Source: Gemmatimonadota bacterium (lineage in GTDB: Bacteria > Latescibacterota > UBA2968 > GCA-2709665). From it: a stretch of 64,000 bases of DNA. Location: NCBI GenBank assembly GCA_028874335.1, contig JAPPJY010000058.1, forward strand, positions 59,309-123,308, given 5' to 3'. Position numbers and translations under genes: made by a program. Within the stretch, counting starts at the first letter, position 1; the number at the start of each line of letters is the position of its first letter. Positions 1 to 10,032 of this stretch are shown piece after piece. Below the pieces are notes generated by a model. That model had not been told where the DNA came from and searched no databases. It worked only from the letters and a program-made list of their open reading frames with translations.

Positions 1-302
1 TCGCCCGTATAGGGACCCATGCCGCGTAGCCCGATCTCGCCGAAGCAGACGGGACCGCCCATCAATTCCTCGATTGCGGGTAGTATTCGCGGATGGCGGA
101 CCAGCCTGTCGAATTCGGAGGTCGTAATCAGGGCGTTGTAGTTGGCTTCCTGGTGGTATCCGTACGGGTGCCAGAAGTAGGGATATTGGCGGCGGTCCTC
201 GTCGAACAGACCCAGGAAATAGCGCACCTCGTCGGGATCCAGGAAGACGCCGAGGTTCAGGTAGCCATTGCGGGCGAAAAAGTCACGGTCGGTGGTGTTC
301 AT
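1..302 (-). CDS. Phytanoyl-CoA dioxygenase (PhyH)-like protein, N-terminal part; gene runs off the left edge
   Basis: Own translation from ATG at 302: MNTTDRDFFARNGYLNLGVFLDPDEVRYFLGLFDEDRRQYPYFWHPYGYHQEANYNALITTSEFDRLVRHPRILPAIEELMGGPVCF... Open to position 1. Absent from the ORF track because no stop lies in the window. Family call by resemblance only. Confidence 0.5.
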   Translation of the reverse strand, partial: MNTTDRDFFARNGYLNLGVFLDPDEVRYFLGLFDEDRRQYPYFWHPYGYHQEANYNALITTSEFDRLVRHPRILPAIEELMGGPVCFGEIGLRGMGPYTG

Positions 303-477
303 AGGCATGGATCCTGGGGATATATAGCGGGGGCCACGCATAGTGTGGTTTGAAGACACTCAATCAATCGACGCAAAATGCCCGGTTTTTTCGAAACGGA
401 AATATACCCGGCCGGTGTCCCGCCGCCAAGTACCTTAAATGGTTCGGAGCAACCCGGACCGGACGACCTGAAGAGAA

Positions 478-3243
478 ATGACGACTGAACGGAGACGCAC
501 GATGAACCTGGACAGACACGCGGTCGTCATTGGACGGCTGGTTGGAACGAACGTGAGACTCGCAACGGTTCTGGTCGCGGTCGCCCTTGTGTCCTTTCCA
601 GGCCGGGCCGGCGCCGATACCTTCTCGTTCGCCCTTATCGGAGACGTGCCGTACGCCGATGCCGACAGTATCCGGTTCGCAAGGTTGACCGATATGATCA
701 ACTCGGACGACGACGTACAATGGGTCATCCACGCGGGCGACATCAAACGTGGCGGACAACCATGCACGGACGCGGTTCTGGAAGGTCGTCTGGAAAGGTT
801 CAATCGCTTCGATGACCCGTTCATCCTTACGCCGGGCGACAACGAATGGACGGACTGTCATCGCAAGATCGCCGGCCGCTTCGATCCGCTGGAACGCCTG
901 CGGAAACTGCGTTCACTTTTCTATCCCCGTGCCGGGATGACGCTCGGCAAGCGGACGATGCGGGTTGAATCCCAGGCGTCGCTGCCCGAATACAGCGAGT
1001 TTGTCGAGAATGTCCGCTGGGAACGGGCCGGGGTTCACTTCGCGACCATTCACATTGTGGGGAGCAGAAACGGGTTGCGAGGGTTTCAACGCCGGGATTC
1101 GACAGAGGTTGGCGCGGTCCCGGTGAGGACGGAACGGCACGACGCGGCGGTCGAACGGCGCACCCATGCGGGGATCGCATGGCTTCGTCGTGCTTTTTCG
1201 GTGGCGTCCGGGTCCGGCAAGGCGCTGTTTCTTACCCTGCACGCGTCGATGGGGCTGGAGCGAAGGCCGGCGCCCGACCCGCCTCACTTCAAGGCGATCC
1301 TCGACGCGCTACGCGAGGAAACGGAACGATTCGGAAGGCCGGTCGTCCTTGCTCACGGAGACTCGCACTATTTCCGGATCGACAAGCCGCTTCGGCGCAA
1401 GGGTGGCGGCAGGCGCTTCGCGAATTTCGCGCGCGTGGAGACGTTCGGCGCGTCGGACGTACACTGGATTGAGGTCACGGTGGACCCCGCCAGCGAAAAC
1501 GTGTTCAGCTTCGATCAGAGAATCGTGAAGGAGGAACGAGCGAATGGAAGTCAACGCAAAGTAACGGAAAGGACTGGAATGACCACCGAAAAAACCGGCG
1601 CATCGGAACGAACGCCGCAGGAAATCATCGACGCCATGCACCGCCCGTCCTGGTGCGTGAACACGGCCGAGGGGCGCCTTTACTGGGAACTGATCAGCGC
1701 CGCGATCCGGAACGATGCCGCCGCCCTGCGCAAACACCTGCGCGCGGATCCGGAATGCGCCAGGCTGCAGTTCTGGTACACCCCGCCGGTCCACTTTGCG
1801 GTGAGGGAGGGCAGTCTCGACGCAACGAAAGTGTTGTGGGAAGCCTATGCTTACGACGAGGTGGGCGATCTGATTAATATGGCCGAAGACCGCGGACATA
1901 CTTCGGTCGCAGACTATCTCAGGAAGGCCTCCGGGCCCGTTTCGGAGGCGCCGGACCAGCGGCTGCACAAAGCGATGGACGCCGGAGACCACGCGGAGAT
2001 CCAACGCCTGCTTGAAGGTACGGATGGGATCGAATTACAGCGCGACGCAGAGGGCAGGACCGCGCTCCATCTCGCCGTCATCGCGAATGACCGCGCGGCG
2101 GTAAAGGCGCTCCTGGACAGCGACGTGGACGTGGATGCCGCCGACCACGCCGGTTTCCGCGCCATACACTACACGTACTGGAAAGACCTGATGTGGCACC
2201 GGTCGAAGGCGAGTCCCGATCTGGTGGAACTTCTGCTGAACGCCGGGTCCCGCGACAGCCCCGCACTGGCTGCCGCGAGAGGAGACATGGATGCCGTCAA
2301 GGCGTTTGTCGACGCCGACCCCTCCGCCGTGAATGGCGGCGCGCAACTTCAGAAGCGCCCACTGTCGGCCGCGGTGGAACGCGGCCACCGCGACATTGTT
2401 CGCTATCTTCTGGACAACGGCGCCGACCCCTCCCTGCCGGAGGGTCGCCTGTGCCCCAACGGTTCATCGCTGATGATCGCCACGGTGGAAGACGACCTCG
2501 AAGTCGCAAGATGGCTGCTTGAAGCCGGCGCCGATCCGAACGGGCACGTGGACTCCTCCGGGTCCCCCGCGATCCGCGCCCGTTCGGACGCCATGCGCGG
2601 CCTGCTCTACGGCTACGGCGGGCGCGCATCCGGAGCGTGGGGCTACGTGCAGCGGGGCGAGTTCGAGACGGTGGCAGCGATCCTCCGCTACACCGACGAT
2701 CCGTTTTCCAGCGAGGAGAGCGAGTACCTGACCACACCCTACACCGCCGCGATCAGCGGCTGCGGGCGCATGGAGGACCGCGGAGAATCCACGGATGCCC
2801 ACGAGGCGATGTTCGACATGTTCCTGCAGCGCAAACACCCGATGCCGCGCGTGCTCACGGCCTGCAAGACCTACCTCTACCACGTCCCGCGGATGACGCG
2901 CCGGCTCCTCGAACACGGGCTGGATCCGAACCTGCCCGACTGGCAGCGACGAACCCCGTTGCACGACCTTTGCCGCCCCAACCGGGCCGTGTCCGACGCC
3001 GCCGGAATGGTGCGCATGTTCCTCGATTTCGGCGCCGACGTCAACGCAATCGACGAGGAAGACCGGTCTACGCCCCTGGGGGTCGCGGCACGCGAAGGAA
3101 ACGCGGAACTGGTCGGGCTGCTGCTGGACAACGGCGCCGATCCCAACGCGGCCGGCGCCGGGTGGGCGACGCCTCTCGCGTGGGCAAATCGACGCGGTCA
3201 CGAGGGTATCGCAGAGCTTCTCCTCAGCAGGGGCGCCCGGTAG
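478..3243 (+). CDS. Secreted calcineurin-like metallophosphoesterase fused to a long ankyrin-repeat C-terminal region
   Basis: 921-aa ORF. Signal-like N-terminus (LATVLVAVALVSFPGRAGA). Phosphoesterase motifs GDVPY, HAGD, GDNEWTDC and HGDSH. From about aa 370 there are repeated ankyrin units (GRTALHLAVIANDRAAVKALLDSDVDVDAAD; TPLGVAAREGNAELVGLLLDNGADPNA; TPLAWANRRGHEGIAELLLSRGA). Confidence 0.8.
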   Translation: MTTERRRTMNLDRHAVVIGRLVGTNVRLATVLVAVALVSFPGRAGADTFSFALIGDVPYADADSIRFARLTDMINSDDDVQWVIHAGDIKRGGQPCTDAVLEGRLERFNRFDDPFILTPGDNEWTDCHRKIAGRFDPLERLRKLRSLFYPRAGMTLGKRTMRVESQASLPEYSEFVENVRWERAGVHFATIHIVGSRNGLRGFQRRDSTEVGAVPVRTERHDAAVERRTHAGIAWLRRAFSVASGSGKALFLTLHASMGLERRPAPDPPHFKAILDALREETERFGRPVVLAHGDSHYFRIDKPLRRKGGGRRFANFARVETFGASDVHWIEVTVDPASENVFSFDQRIVKEERANGSQRKVTERTGMTTEKTGASERTPQEIIDAMHRPSWCVNTAEGRLYWELISAAIRNDAAALRKHLRADPECARLQFWYTPPVHFAVREGSLDATKVLWEAYAYDEVGDLINMAEDRGHTSVADYLRKASGPVSEAPDQRLHKAMDAGDHAEIQRLLEGTDGIELQRDAEGRTALHLAVIANDRAAVKALLDSDVDVDAADHAGFRAIHYTYWKDLMWHRSKASPDLVELLLNAGSRDSPALAAARGDMDAVKAFVDADPSAVNGGAQLQKRPLSAAVERGHRDIVRYLLDNGADPSLPEGRLCPNGSSLMIATVEDDLEVARWLLEAGADPNGHVDSSGSPAIRARSDAMRGLLYGYGGRASGAWGYVQRGEFETVAAILRYTDDPFSSEESEYLTTPYTAAISGCGRMEDRGESTDAHEAMFDMFLQRKHPMPRVLTACKTYLYHVPRMTRRLLEHGLDPNLPDWQRRTPLHDLCRPNRAVSDAAGMVRMFLDFGADVNAIDEEDRSTPLGVAAREGNAELVGLLLDNGADPNAAGAGWATPLAWANRRGHEGIAELLLSRGAR

Positions 3244-3278
3244 CCCCGCGCTTCGTCGCCAACGGGAGTGCATTGCAG

Positions 3279-3845
3279 ATGTCACGCGAAGTGGAAACAC
3301 ATCCGAGATTCCTGGCGCTCCTGCGGGGTGTAAACGCCGGCGGGAAGAATGTCGTTCCCAAAGACGCGCTCCGCGGCTGCTTCGAGGGCCTGGGATTCTC
3401 CAGCGTCCGCACCTACATCCAGACCGGTAACATCCTGTTTCGGTCGAAAGATACCGACGTCCCGGCGCTGACGGGTGAGATCGAACGCGCCCTTTCCGAA
3501 CGTTTCTCATACAATGCTCGAGCCGTCGTCCTTTCTCGAAAATCATATCGAACCGCCGTCGACGCGGCACCCGAAAAATGGGGCCAGGACGACGCGCAGA
3601 TGCATCATGCGCTCTTCACGCTGGCAGGAGCCGACCCGGAAGACATCCTCGCGCGGCTCCGGCCGCCTCGGCTGGAGTCTGAGACCGTTACCGCCGGACC
3701 TGGCGTGATCTTCTGGACGGTATCCAGGGCACGTCTGACCCGGTCCACGTGGGTCAAGCTTCCGGCGTCGCGGGAGTATCAGAAGCTCACCGCCCGGAAT
3801 CAGAACACGGTATTCAGATTGAGGAAACTCTTCGAGGAGATATAG
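3279..3845 (+). CDS. DUF1697 family protein
   Basis: The real start is taken as MSREVETHPRFLALLRGVNAGGKNVVPKDALR (typical DUF1697 N-terminus). The upstream part of the 402-aa ORF is an Arg/Pro-rich read-through of the neighbouring gene. Confidence 0.7.
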   Translation: MSREVETHPRFLALLRGVNAGGKNVVPKDALRGCFEGLGFSSVRTYIQTGNILFRSKDTDVPALTGEIERALSERFSYNARAVVLSRKSYRTAVDAAPEKWGQDDAQMHHALFTLAGADPEDILARLRPPRLESETVTAGPGVIFWTVSRARLTRSTWVKLPASREYQKLTARNQNTVFRLRKLFEEI

Positions 3846-3848
3846 TGA

Positions 3849-4178
3849 ATGGCGGGCGACGAGGAACTCATCGGTCGGATACGGACGATCCTGGCTGACG
3901 AGGACGGATTCTCCGAGAAAAGGATGTTTGGCGGGGTCTGCTTCATGATCAGCGGCAACATGTGCGCGGGCACGTGGAAGGGGTCCCTGATTGTCCGTCT
4001 CAACAGGGCACACCACGAGCGGACGCTGGCCGAGCCGCACACGCGGCCGTTCGACATTACGGGCCGGGTCATGAAGGGGTGGGCGCTCGTTGAGCCGCCC
4101 GGAATCGAACTCGACGAAGACCTGATGGATTGGGTGTACAGGGCGTTGGATTACGTCCGTACGCTTCCATCCAAATAA
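3849..4178 (+). CDS. TfoX N-terminal domain protein
   Basis: 109 aa. EKRMFGGVCFMISGNMCAGTWKGSLIVRL resembles the TfoX/Sxy N-terminal domain. Confidence 0.65.
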   Translation: MAGDEELIGRIRTILADEDGFSEKRMFGGVCFMISGNMCAGTWKGSLIVRLNRAHHERTLAEPHTRPFDITGRVMKGWALVEPPGIELDEDLMDWVYRALDYVRTLPSK

Positions 4179-4214
4179 CGGGGCGGCATCCGGAACAGCG
4201 GGAGGGTTGCTCCT

Positions 4215-4532
4215 CTATTGCATCGGCGAGAAGGAGGTTGGGATGAGGACGTCGGAGATAACCTCGTCCACGATGGGTCCGTTGGCTTCGGTTCGTTCCC
4301 GCGCCGCGATCCAGTCGGGGTCGGCGCGGAAGGCATCCCACGCGGCTTCCATCGCCTCTTCGCTTTCAAATTCACAGAGGTAGATCAGCTCATTGGCATC
4401 TTTTCGAGTCCAGAATCCGGAGACTTTGATGCCGTGACGGTCAAAGAGGTCGAACGTAATGTTTTCAAACCGGCTGAGGATGTCCGGCATCCGGCCTTCC
4501 GGGACTCTGTAGATGCGGTGTTCGTAGATCAT
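4215..4532 (-). CDS. NIPSNAP family protein
   Basis: Start chosen at MIYEHRIYRVPEGRMPDILSRFENITFDLFDRHGIKVSGFW (classic NIPSNAP start). The longer ORF upstream is unlikely. Confidence 0.7.
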   Translation of the reverse strand: MIYEHRIYRVPEGRMPDILSRFENITFDLFDRHGIKVSGFWTRKDANELIYLCEFESEEAMEAAWDAFRADPDWIAARERTEANGPIVDEVISDVLIPTSFSPMQ

Positions 4533-4740
4533 GGGGACGCTCCCTTGAGTTAAGGATCCTGGATCGATCCTGTATGGAATGGAACTCTCTGTGACATGCC
4601 ATGGTAACAAGAAACCAGGCGGATCGAAAGTGGCACCCGACCCGGCAGACGTGCAGAGGCGGAATGCAAGAAACGCAACCTGTACACACGCGCATTATTG
4701 CGATGACTGAAGGCAGCACGAATTCCAGGAATCCCGGAAC

Positions 4741-6273
4741 GTGAGAACAGACAAACGCGGAGGCATCTGCTTCCGCGTGGACGACAACAAGCCGATTCGA
4801 CAGTGGGTCGAGTTCGCGAGGGTCTTCGACCGGCACGGGTTCAAGTTCTGCGCCGCGTTGTGTCCGGGGAGAATGGCCGGCGACGAAGACTATACGAGGC
4901 TGGTCAGGTCGCTGCAGGACCGGGGGCACGAAATCATGGACCACACGCCCCTTCACAGCGTGGACAAGCTCCCCCTCCCTCAAGGCGCCGACGCCGATGC
5001 CTGGCGCGCGATGCCGGGGGTCGACCACGTGGACGCAACGCGCGTCTATCTGACCTACGCCCCGATCGCTGCGGCAACGCTTCCGGAGTATCGCGCCGAT
5101 ATTTCGGGCAACCTGATGAAGAGCCGGACGCCTGGCGTCCTGAACGACCCGAACCAGACGAGATTCATCGCCGTCTGCGTTCCCCATATAGACAGTGTGT
5201 TTCGGTTCAGACAGATCGAACGATCGGGCGACGTCGTATTGGCGCTACGCAGTTTCTGGGACGAAGACAACGTCGATCTGGGTGAATTGCGGGACGTGGT
5301 CTTCCACAAGCTGAGCAAAGCCGACGTCCGGATGACGTTGGACGCTCGAGTGCTTTTGGCCGAGTCTTCACTGAATCTGTTCGAAAGCCTTGGTCTTGAT
5401 CGCCCCCGAACGTGGATACAGCCCGGCTCGGGAGGATGCTCCGACTTCTGGCGCGAAGACGTCAAGGCCTGTTTCGGAGACTTGTACGGATACGTGGCCG
5501 CCGCGACATACCCCGACCGGTCTGTAAAGTGCTTCAACGAGGATGATCCCAATGGGGACAAGCGTTTCGGCATGCAGTGGGGCAACTTCGACGACGAGGC
5601 GCGGGACCTGGATTGGAACCTGAAACGAATCGCGGACGGGATCGCCGGGCACCGCGTGCTTATCGGCCACAGCCACTTCTGGGAGCACGTCATGCCGGAC
5701 GGATGGGACGGTTATCTCAAAAGGGTTGACCGTATCCTCTCCTGGTGCAAGGAAAACCGTGTCCCGGTGAGGACGTATTCGGAGTGGGCGGAGATTCTCT
5801 ATCGTACCCGACCGGACCCTGAAGTGAATGTGTTTCCCGAATTGAGTGTCGATCTGAATGCGGACGGCGTTCCGGACGGATACGACATGCTGCCGGCAGA
5901 AGTGGTCCGGAACGACGGAGGACCCGATGCCAACGGCGTTTTCCTGACTGTACGGAATGCCGGGGCAATCTGCAGCGTTGATAGGTTGGGCGGTCTGGAA
6001 AAAGGCGCGAATACCTTTTCGGTCTGGACACGCGGGCATCCGGGAGGCGGCATCGAGGCGACGTTCCGGTTCTTCGAGGTCGAAACGACGCAGAAACACG
6101 CGTTTTCAACGAAAAGCCCCGAATGGACCGAACAACACGCCACGGTCACAGTGCCGGCCGGAGCATCTCTGGTGAATGTCACGATCGAGTGCACGCGTAC
6201 TGGCGGCAGCGCTATAGAGATTGGCGGAATGCGTCTGAAAGCGCGCGGTGAGGACCCGACATTCGTGCGGTAA
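4741..6273 (+). CDS. Polysaccharide-deacetylase-like (NodB-fold-like) protein with a C-terminal beta-sandwich-like region
   Basis: 510-aa ORF with GTG start. GICFRVDDN...HEIMDHTPLHS resembles the deacetylase fold. The function is uncertain. Confidence 0.55.
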   Translation: MRTDKRGGICFRVDDNKPIRQWVEFARVFDRHGFKFCAALCPGRMAGDEDYTRLVRSLQDRGHEIMDHTPLHSVDKLPLPQGADADAWRAMPGVDHVDATRVYLTYAPIAAATLPEYRADISGNLMKSRTPGVLNDPNQTRFIAVCVPHIDSVFRFRQIERSGDVVLALRSFWDEDNVDLGELRDVVFHKLSKADVRMTLDARVLLAESSLNLFESLGLDRPRTWIQPGSGGCSDFWREDVKACFGDLYGYVAAATYPDRSVKCFNEDDPNGDKRFGMQWGNFDDEARDLDWNLKRIADGIAGHRVLIGHSHFWEHVMPDGWDGYLKRVDRILSWCKENRVPVRTYSEWAEILYRTRPDPEVNVFPELSVDLNADGVPDGYDMLPAEVVRNDGGPDANGVFLTVRNAGAICSVDRLGGLEKGANTFSVWTRGHPGGGIEATFRFFEVETTQKHAFSTKSPEWTEQHATVTVPAGASLVNVTIECTRTGGSAIEIGGMRLKARGEDPTFVR

Positions 6274-6360
6274 GCCCAGTTCGCACAAAATTCCCTTGAT
6301 GCGCGCCTGAAATGGTCTAAATTGCCTCGGATTCGGACCCCAAAACCACCGGATCGAATT

Positions 6361-7254
6361 ATGGTGAAGATCGAACCCCTGGAAAGACACCATCTGCCAC
6401 AGGTCCTGGAACTCGTTAACGCACACCTCGGCGCCGTCATTCCCGGGTGGGCCATGACCGCCGATTACCTGTGGGAGCGCCTGAAGCGCAATCCTGCTGA
6501 ACATGTTACCGATCCGTGGGTTGTCGAACGAAGATCCATCGTCTCCGTCGTCAACGACCGGGTTTGCGCCGCGGCCCATCTGCTGCGGTACGGAGACGAC
6601 ACGCGCTGGACGGGAACCGCGGAAGTCGCCTGGGTGCTGTTCTGGCCGCAGGAGCATCTCGCTGGTGAGGAGGTTTTAAAGGAGTGCCTGCGTCAGATGG
6701 ACACGTGGCGGGCAACGGACCAGCAGATATCGGGGCCCTTGCCCGTACCGACATGCGTGGGCGTGCCCCACGTATGGCCGCATATCGGCCAGCTTCTGGA
6801 ACAATTCGGCTATACACGCGGCGCGGAAGTCGACGAATCCGTCTACGGCGGCACCCTGCAGGGTATTCCATCTCCGGGCGAAGCCCCCGTAGCGGGCGTG
6901 TCGATTCATCGCGACCTGGGGACGTTCAGCACGCAATTCGTCGCGCGGCTGGAAGGCCTGGAAGTCGCATACGTTGAATGTGATTCAGATCTCACCCTGG
7001 GCGGGCAGTTGCCGGCGCTATCCGGATGGGGGGAACTCTTGGAAGTGGAAACGAGCAAAGCGATGCGGAACAGGGGCCTCGGTTCGTGGGTGATGCGCCA
7101 TGCCATTGAGTGGCTGCGGCTGGCCGGGTGCAACCGGGTTGTGTTCAGCGTCGATAGAGATGACGAAAAAGCGGGCGCCGGGAAATTCTACAGACGGTTT
7201 GGCTGGACCCCGCTGGTTAGACAGAACCATTGGACCCGGACCGCCCGGGCATGA
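6361..7254 (+). CDS. GNAT family N-acetyltransferase
   Basis: MVKIEPLERHHLPQVLELVNAHL plus acetyl-CoA motif-like NRGLGSWVMRHAIEWLRLAGCNRVVFSV...FYRRFGW. Confidence 0.7.
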   Translation: MVKIEPLERHHLPQVLELVNAHLGAVIPGWAMTADYLWERLKRNPAEHVTDPWVVERRSIVSVVNDRVCAAAHLLRYGDDTRWTGTAEVAWVLFWPQEHLAGEEVLKECLRQMDTWRATDQQISGPLPVPTCVGVPHVWPHIGQLLEQFGYTRGAEVDESVYGGTLQGIPSPGEAPVAGVSIHRDLGTFSTQFVARLEGLEVAYVECDSDLTLGGQLPALSGWGELLEVETSKAMRNRGLGSWVMRHAIEWLRLAGCNRVVFSVDRDDEKAGAGKFYRRFGWTPLVRQNHWTRTARA

Positions 7255-7328
7255 CACGAATGCGGTCCCCTCGCCCAACCGGGCGCTCGAGTCACATCCA
7301 CACATCCTCCACCGAACAGGAACAATCC

Positions 7329-8477
7329 ATGACCACAACAGCCGACGCCTTTGACCTGCTGATCAGGGCCGGGCGGATCTTTTGCGCGGCCACCGGCCTG
7401 GACGGACCGGGCGCAGTCGCAGTACAGGGTGACCGCATCGTCGCCTCGGGCCCGGACGTGAGCGGGGCCGCGGGTCTGACGCTCGACTACCCGGACGCGC
7501 TGCTTCTTCCGGGTCTGGTCGACATCCACGCCCATCCGGCAAGGGGCGGTTCCCGTTTCGGCGTCGACCCCGATACGCACTTTCTTCCTTGCGGGGTCAC
7601 CACCTGTCTTTCGCAAGGCGATGCCGGCGCCCTCAACTGGCCGGCCTATCGGCGGGACGTCATCCACGGTTGCCGCACGCGGGTGCGTCTCGCGCTGCAT
7701 CTGTCGAAAACCGGCGAATCGCCGCCGGACCACTGTTTCGAGCACGTAGAGAACGCCGACGTCGATCTCTGCGTGGATACGATCGCTGAAGCGGGCGAGG
7801 ACATCTGGGGCATCGCCTTCAACACGGTACTCGAACCTCGCCTCGCGCACGACCCTCGAGAGATCATGCGCCGGGGCGTCGAAGCGGCCGAACGCAGCGG
7901 GCGCCCCATCCTCTACGGGCCACGTTTCAACGTCGACTTTCCGCTTGGAGACCAACTGGCGCTCCTGCGTGCGGGAGACCTCTTCACGTACACGTTCAGC
8001 CCCCGCCCGGACACCATCACCGCCGGCGGGAGGTTGCGGCGCGCCGTCTGGAAGGCCAGAGAACGGGGGGTCCTGTTCGACGGCTGCCACGGGATGCAGT
8101 CTTTCAGCTTTCCGCACGCGGAGCAGGCCATCGCCGAGGGGTTCTACCCCGATACGATTTCCACGGACCAGTACAATGCGCACGTGGGCGCCGACCCGCC
8201 CCACCACCTGCCCAGGACGATGTCCAAGTATATCGCCGCGGGCATGCCCGAAGCGGAAGTATTCGCGCGGGCGACCGCCAGGCCCGCCGAGTTACTGGGG
8301 CTGAAGGGCGAGGTGGGCACACTGGCGCCTGGCGCGTGCGCCGATATCGCGGTGTTGCGGTGGAATCCCGACGGACGTCTGGCCGACGTACTCGGCGTCG
8401 AACGACCAGGCGGCTCCTGGGAACCGCTGGCCACGGTGAAATCCGGCAAACTTGTGGATCAGAACTGCCCGAATTGA
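7329..8477 (+). CDS. Amidohydrolase-family metallohydrolase (dihydroorotase/deacetylase-like)
   Basis: MTTTADAFDLLIRAGRIF...LLPGLVDIHAHP carries the HxH metal motif. Start set at the ATG at 7329. Confidence 0.7.
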   Translation: MTTTADAFDLLIRAGRIFCAATGLDGPGAVAVQGDRIVASGPDVSGAAGLTLDYPDALLLPGLVDIHAHPARGGSRFGVDPDTHFLPCGVTTCLSQGDAGALNWPAYRRDVIHGCRTRVRLALHLSKTGESPPDHCFEHVENADVDLCVDTIAEAGEDIWGIAFNTVLEPRLAHDPREIMRRGVEAAERSGRPILYGPRFNVDFPLGDQLALLRAGDLFTYTFSPRPDTITAGGRLRRAVWKARERGVLFDGCHGMQSFSFPHAEQAIAEGFYPDTISTDQYNAHVGADPPHHLPRTMSKYIAAGMPEAEVFARATARPAELLGLKGEVGTLAPGACADIAVLRWNPDGRLADVLGVERPGGSWEPLATVKSGKLVDQNCPN

Positions 8478-8694
8478 CTCGAAATCAGTCACCTTTTATT
8501 TTAGCCCGCGGACGGCGTGATGCCCATGTCAATCGATCTTGCGACACATCATACTACGACGCCCGGATATTCTGCAGGCGTCAGATCCGGAGACCGTCTC
8601 CGTCTACCTGCAGGAGGCAATTTACCCGGTCCACAATTCCCGTTTGCCAAACCCTGTCGATTGGAGGAGAACCGCTGTGAGTCAGGAAGTGATC

Positions 8695-9627
8695 ATGGTT
8701 GTCGGCTTTTTGCTTGGCGCCTATTCTATCGTTGGAAACGACGCGATTCAGACCCTTGGAACCTTTCTCAGCTCCAACGCCAGACGCCCCTGGTGGGTGC
8801 TCTGGATCTTTGCCTGCAGTATTCTGATCGTCGTCCTCGTCTACGGGTGGTGGATGCACGACGACGTCTCCTACGGCAGGCTGGAGAAGATCCCCGAACC
8901 CGATCAGTGGACCTGGATCTACTGCGTCCCTCCTTTCGTCCTGCTCCTCCTGACACGTTGGGGCATCCCGGTGAGCACCACGTTTCTCACCCTGACGATC
9001 TTTGCGCCAAAAGCCCTGCCGGCCATGCTGGTCAAATCACTCGCCGGTTACGCGACCGCGTTCCTGGCCGCCATTCTGATCTATCGATGGGTCACCAGTG
9101 GCTTCGAGTCCCGCTTTCACAAAACAGAGGGGCCCACGAGCGGCTGGTGGGTCGTGGCGCAGTGGTGTTCGACCGGCTTCCTGTGGAGCCAGTGGCTGAT
9201 ACAGGACCTGGCCAATATCTTCGTCTTCCTTCCTCGCAGCCTCACGGCGGAATGGTTCTTTCTATCGATGGTGGTTATGCTGGCGCTGCATGCCATTATC
9301 TTTTACAACCACGGCGGCGCCATTCAGAAGGTGGTGCTCACCAAGACCAACACAACCGACATCCGGTCGGCGACATTCGTCGACCTGATCTACGGCATCG
9401 TTCTGTTGCTGTTCAAAGAGGTCAGCAAACTTCCGATGAGCACGACGTGGGTCTTCGTCGGCCTCCTGGCCGGGCGGGAGATCGCGGTCGCCTGGAATCA
9501 GCGGCACCGCAGCCGCAGGGAAGTGACGCGGCTGGTCGCGACGGATTTCGCGAAAATCACCGGCGGACTGCTCGTCAGCATCGCCCTCGCCTATCTCCTG
9601 CCCGAATTGCAGGCGCTATTTGGCTGA
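8695..9627 (+). CDS. Polytopic membrane protein, distantly PiT (phosphate/sulfate permease)-like
   Basis: Hydrophobic helices. GNDAIQTLGTFLSSN and PMSTTWVFVGLLAGREIA resemble the PHO4/PiT signature GANDxxN...STTH. The start is uncertain (ATG 8695 or GTG 8677). Confidence 0.55.
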   Translation: MVVGFLLGAYSIVGNDAIQTLGTFLSSNARRPWWVLWIFACSILIVVLVYGWWMHDDVSYGRLEKIPEPDQWTWIYCVPPFVLLLLTRWGIPVSTTFLTLTIFAPKALPAMLVKSLAGYATAFLAAILIYRWVTSGFESRFHKTEGPTSGWWVVAQWCSTGFLWSQWLIQDLANIFVFLPRSLTAEWFFLSMVVMLALHAIIFYNHGGAIQKVVLTKTNTTDIRSATFVDLIYGIVLLLFKEVSKLPMSTTWVFVGLLAGREIAVAWNQRHRSRREVTRLVATDFAKITGGLLVSIALAYLLPELQALFG

Positions 9628-9804
9628 CGGGCGGCGGTTCGATACGTGCAGGGATACAACCGGGAGTGTGAATCACGACGTTGGAGCCGATGGAGAACAG
9701 GCCCGTGATCGTCATCGTGTATTGGTCACCCATCTTTATCAAGATAAATCTTGACAGTCGGACTTCGAAGGCCCATTTTTGAATAAAAACGGAGTCGTTC
9801 GGCT

Positions 9805-10032
9805 ATGAATATGCCAAGAGAGAAATTCTCCAGCCAGGTTGCCCCCGAGCTGTTGGGCACCATGCGGGAGATTGCCCGTAAGGAAGGCCGCCACTTTCAG
9901 GCGGTGCTGGAAGAGGCCATGCGGAAATACATCGATAACCGCAACCGGGAAAAGCCGCGCGCTGAGATCATGGCCCATTTTCAGGCCAGCGTGGAAAGAC
10001 ATCGCCGTCTGGGTGAAATGCTCGCCAGATGA
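9805..10032 (+). CDS. Ribbon-helix-helix antitoxin partnered with Doc
   Basis: 75 aa. The stop overlaps the next gene's start (ATGA at 10029). RHH-like segment KFSSQVAPELLGTMREIARKEGRHFQAVLEEAMRKYI. Confidence 0.7.
   Translation: MNMPREKFSSQVAPELLGTMREIARKEGRHFQAVLEEAMRKYIDNRNREKPRAEIMAHFQASVERHRRLGEMLAR

Noticed and set aside
2464-3570. 368-aa minus-strand ORF, plus the 5' two thirds of the 402-aa ORF 2637-3845
   Set aside because: Both overlap the ankyrin-repeat gene in other frames and are Arg/Pro/Gly-rich with no motifs. Only the DUF1697 part (3279-3845) looks real.
7188-8207. 339-aa minus-strand ORF
   Set aside because: It is antisense to the amidohydrolase gene and has no recognisable motifs.
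8517-9671. 384-aa plus-strand ORF overlapping the membrane-protein frame
   Set aside because: It is an Arg/Pro/Gly-rich alternative frame. The +1 frame encodes coherent transmembrane helices.
9745-9800. Possible promoter (cTTGACAgtcgg…) upstream of the RHH-Doc pair
   Set aside because: A -35-like hexamer is present, but no convincing -10 lies at 16-19 nt spacing. It is not reported as a feature.
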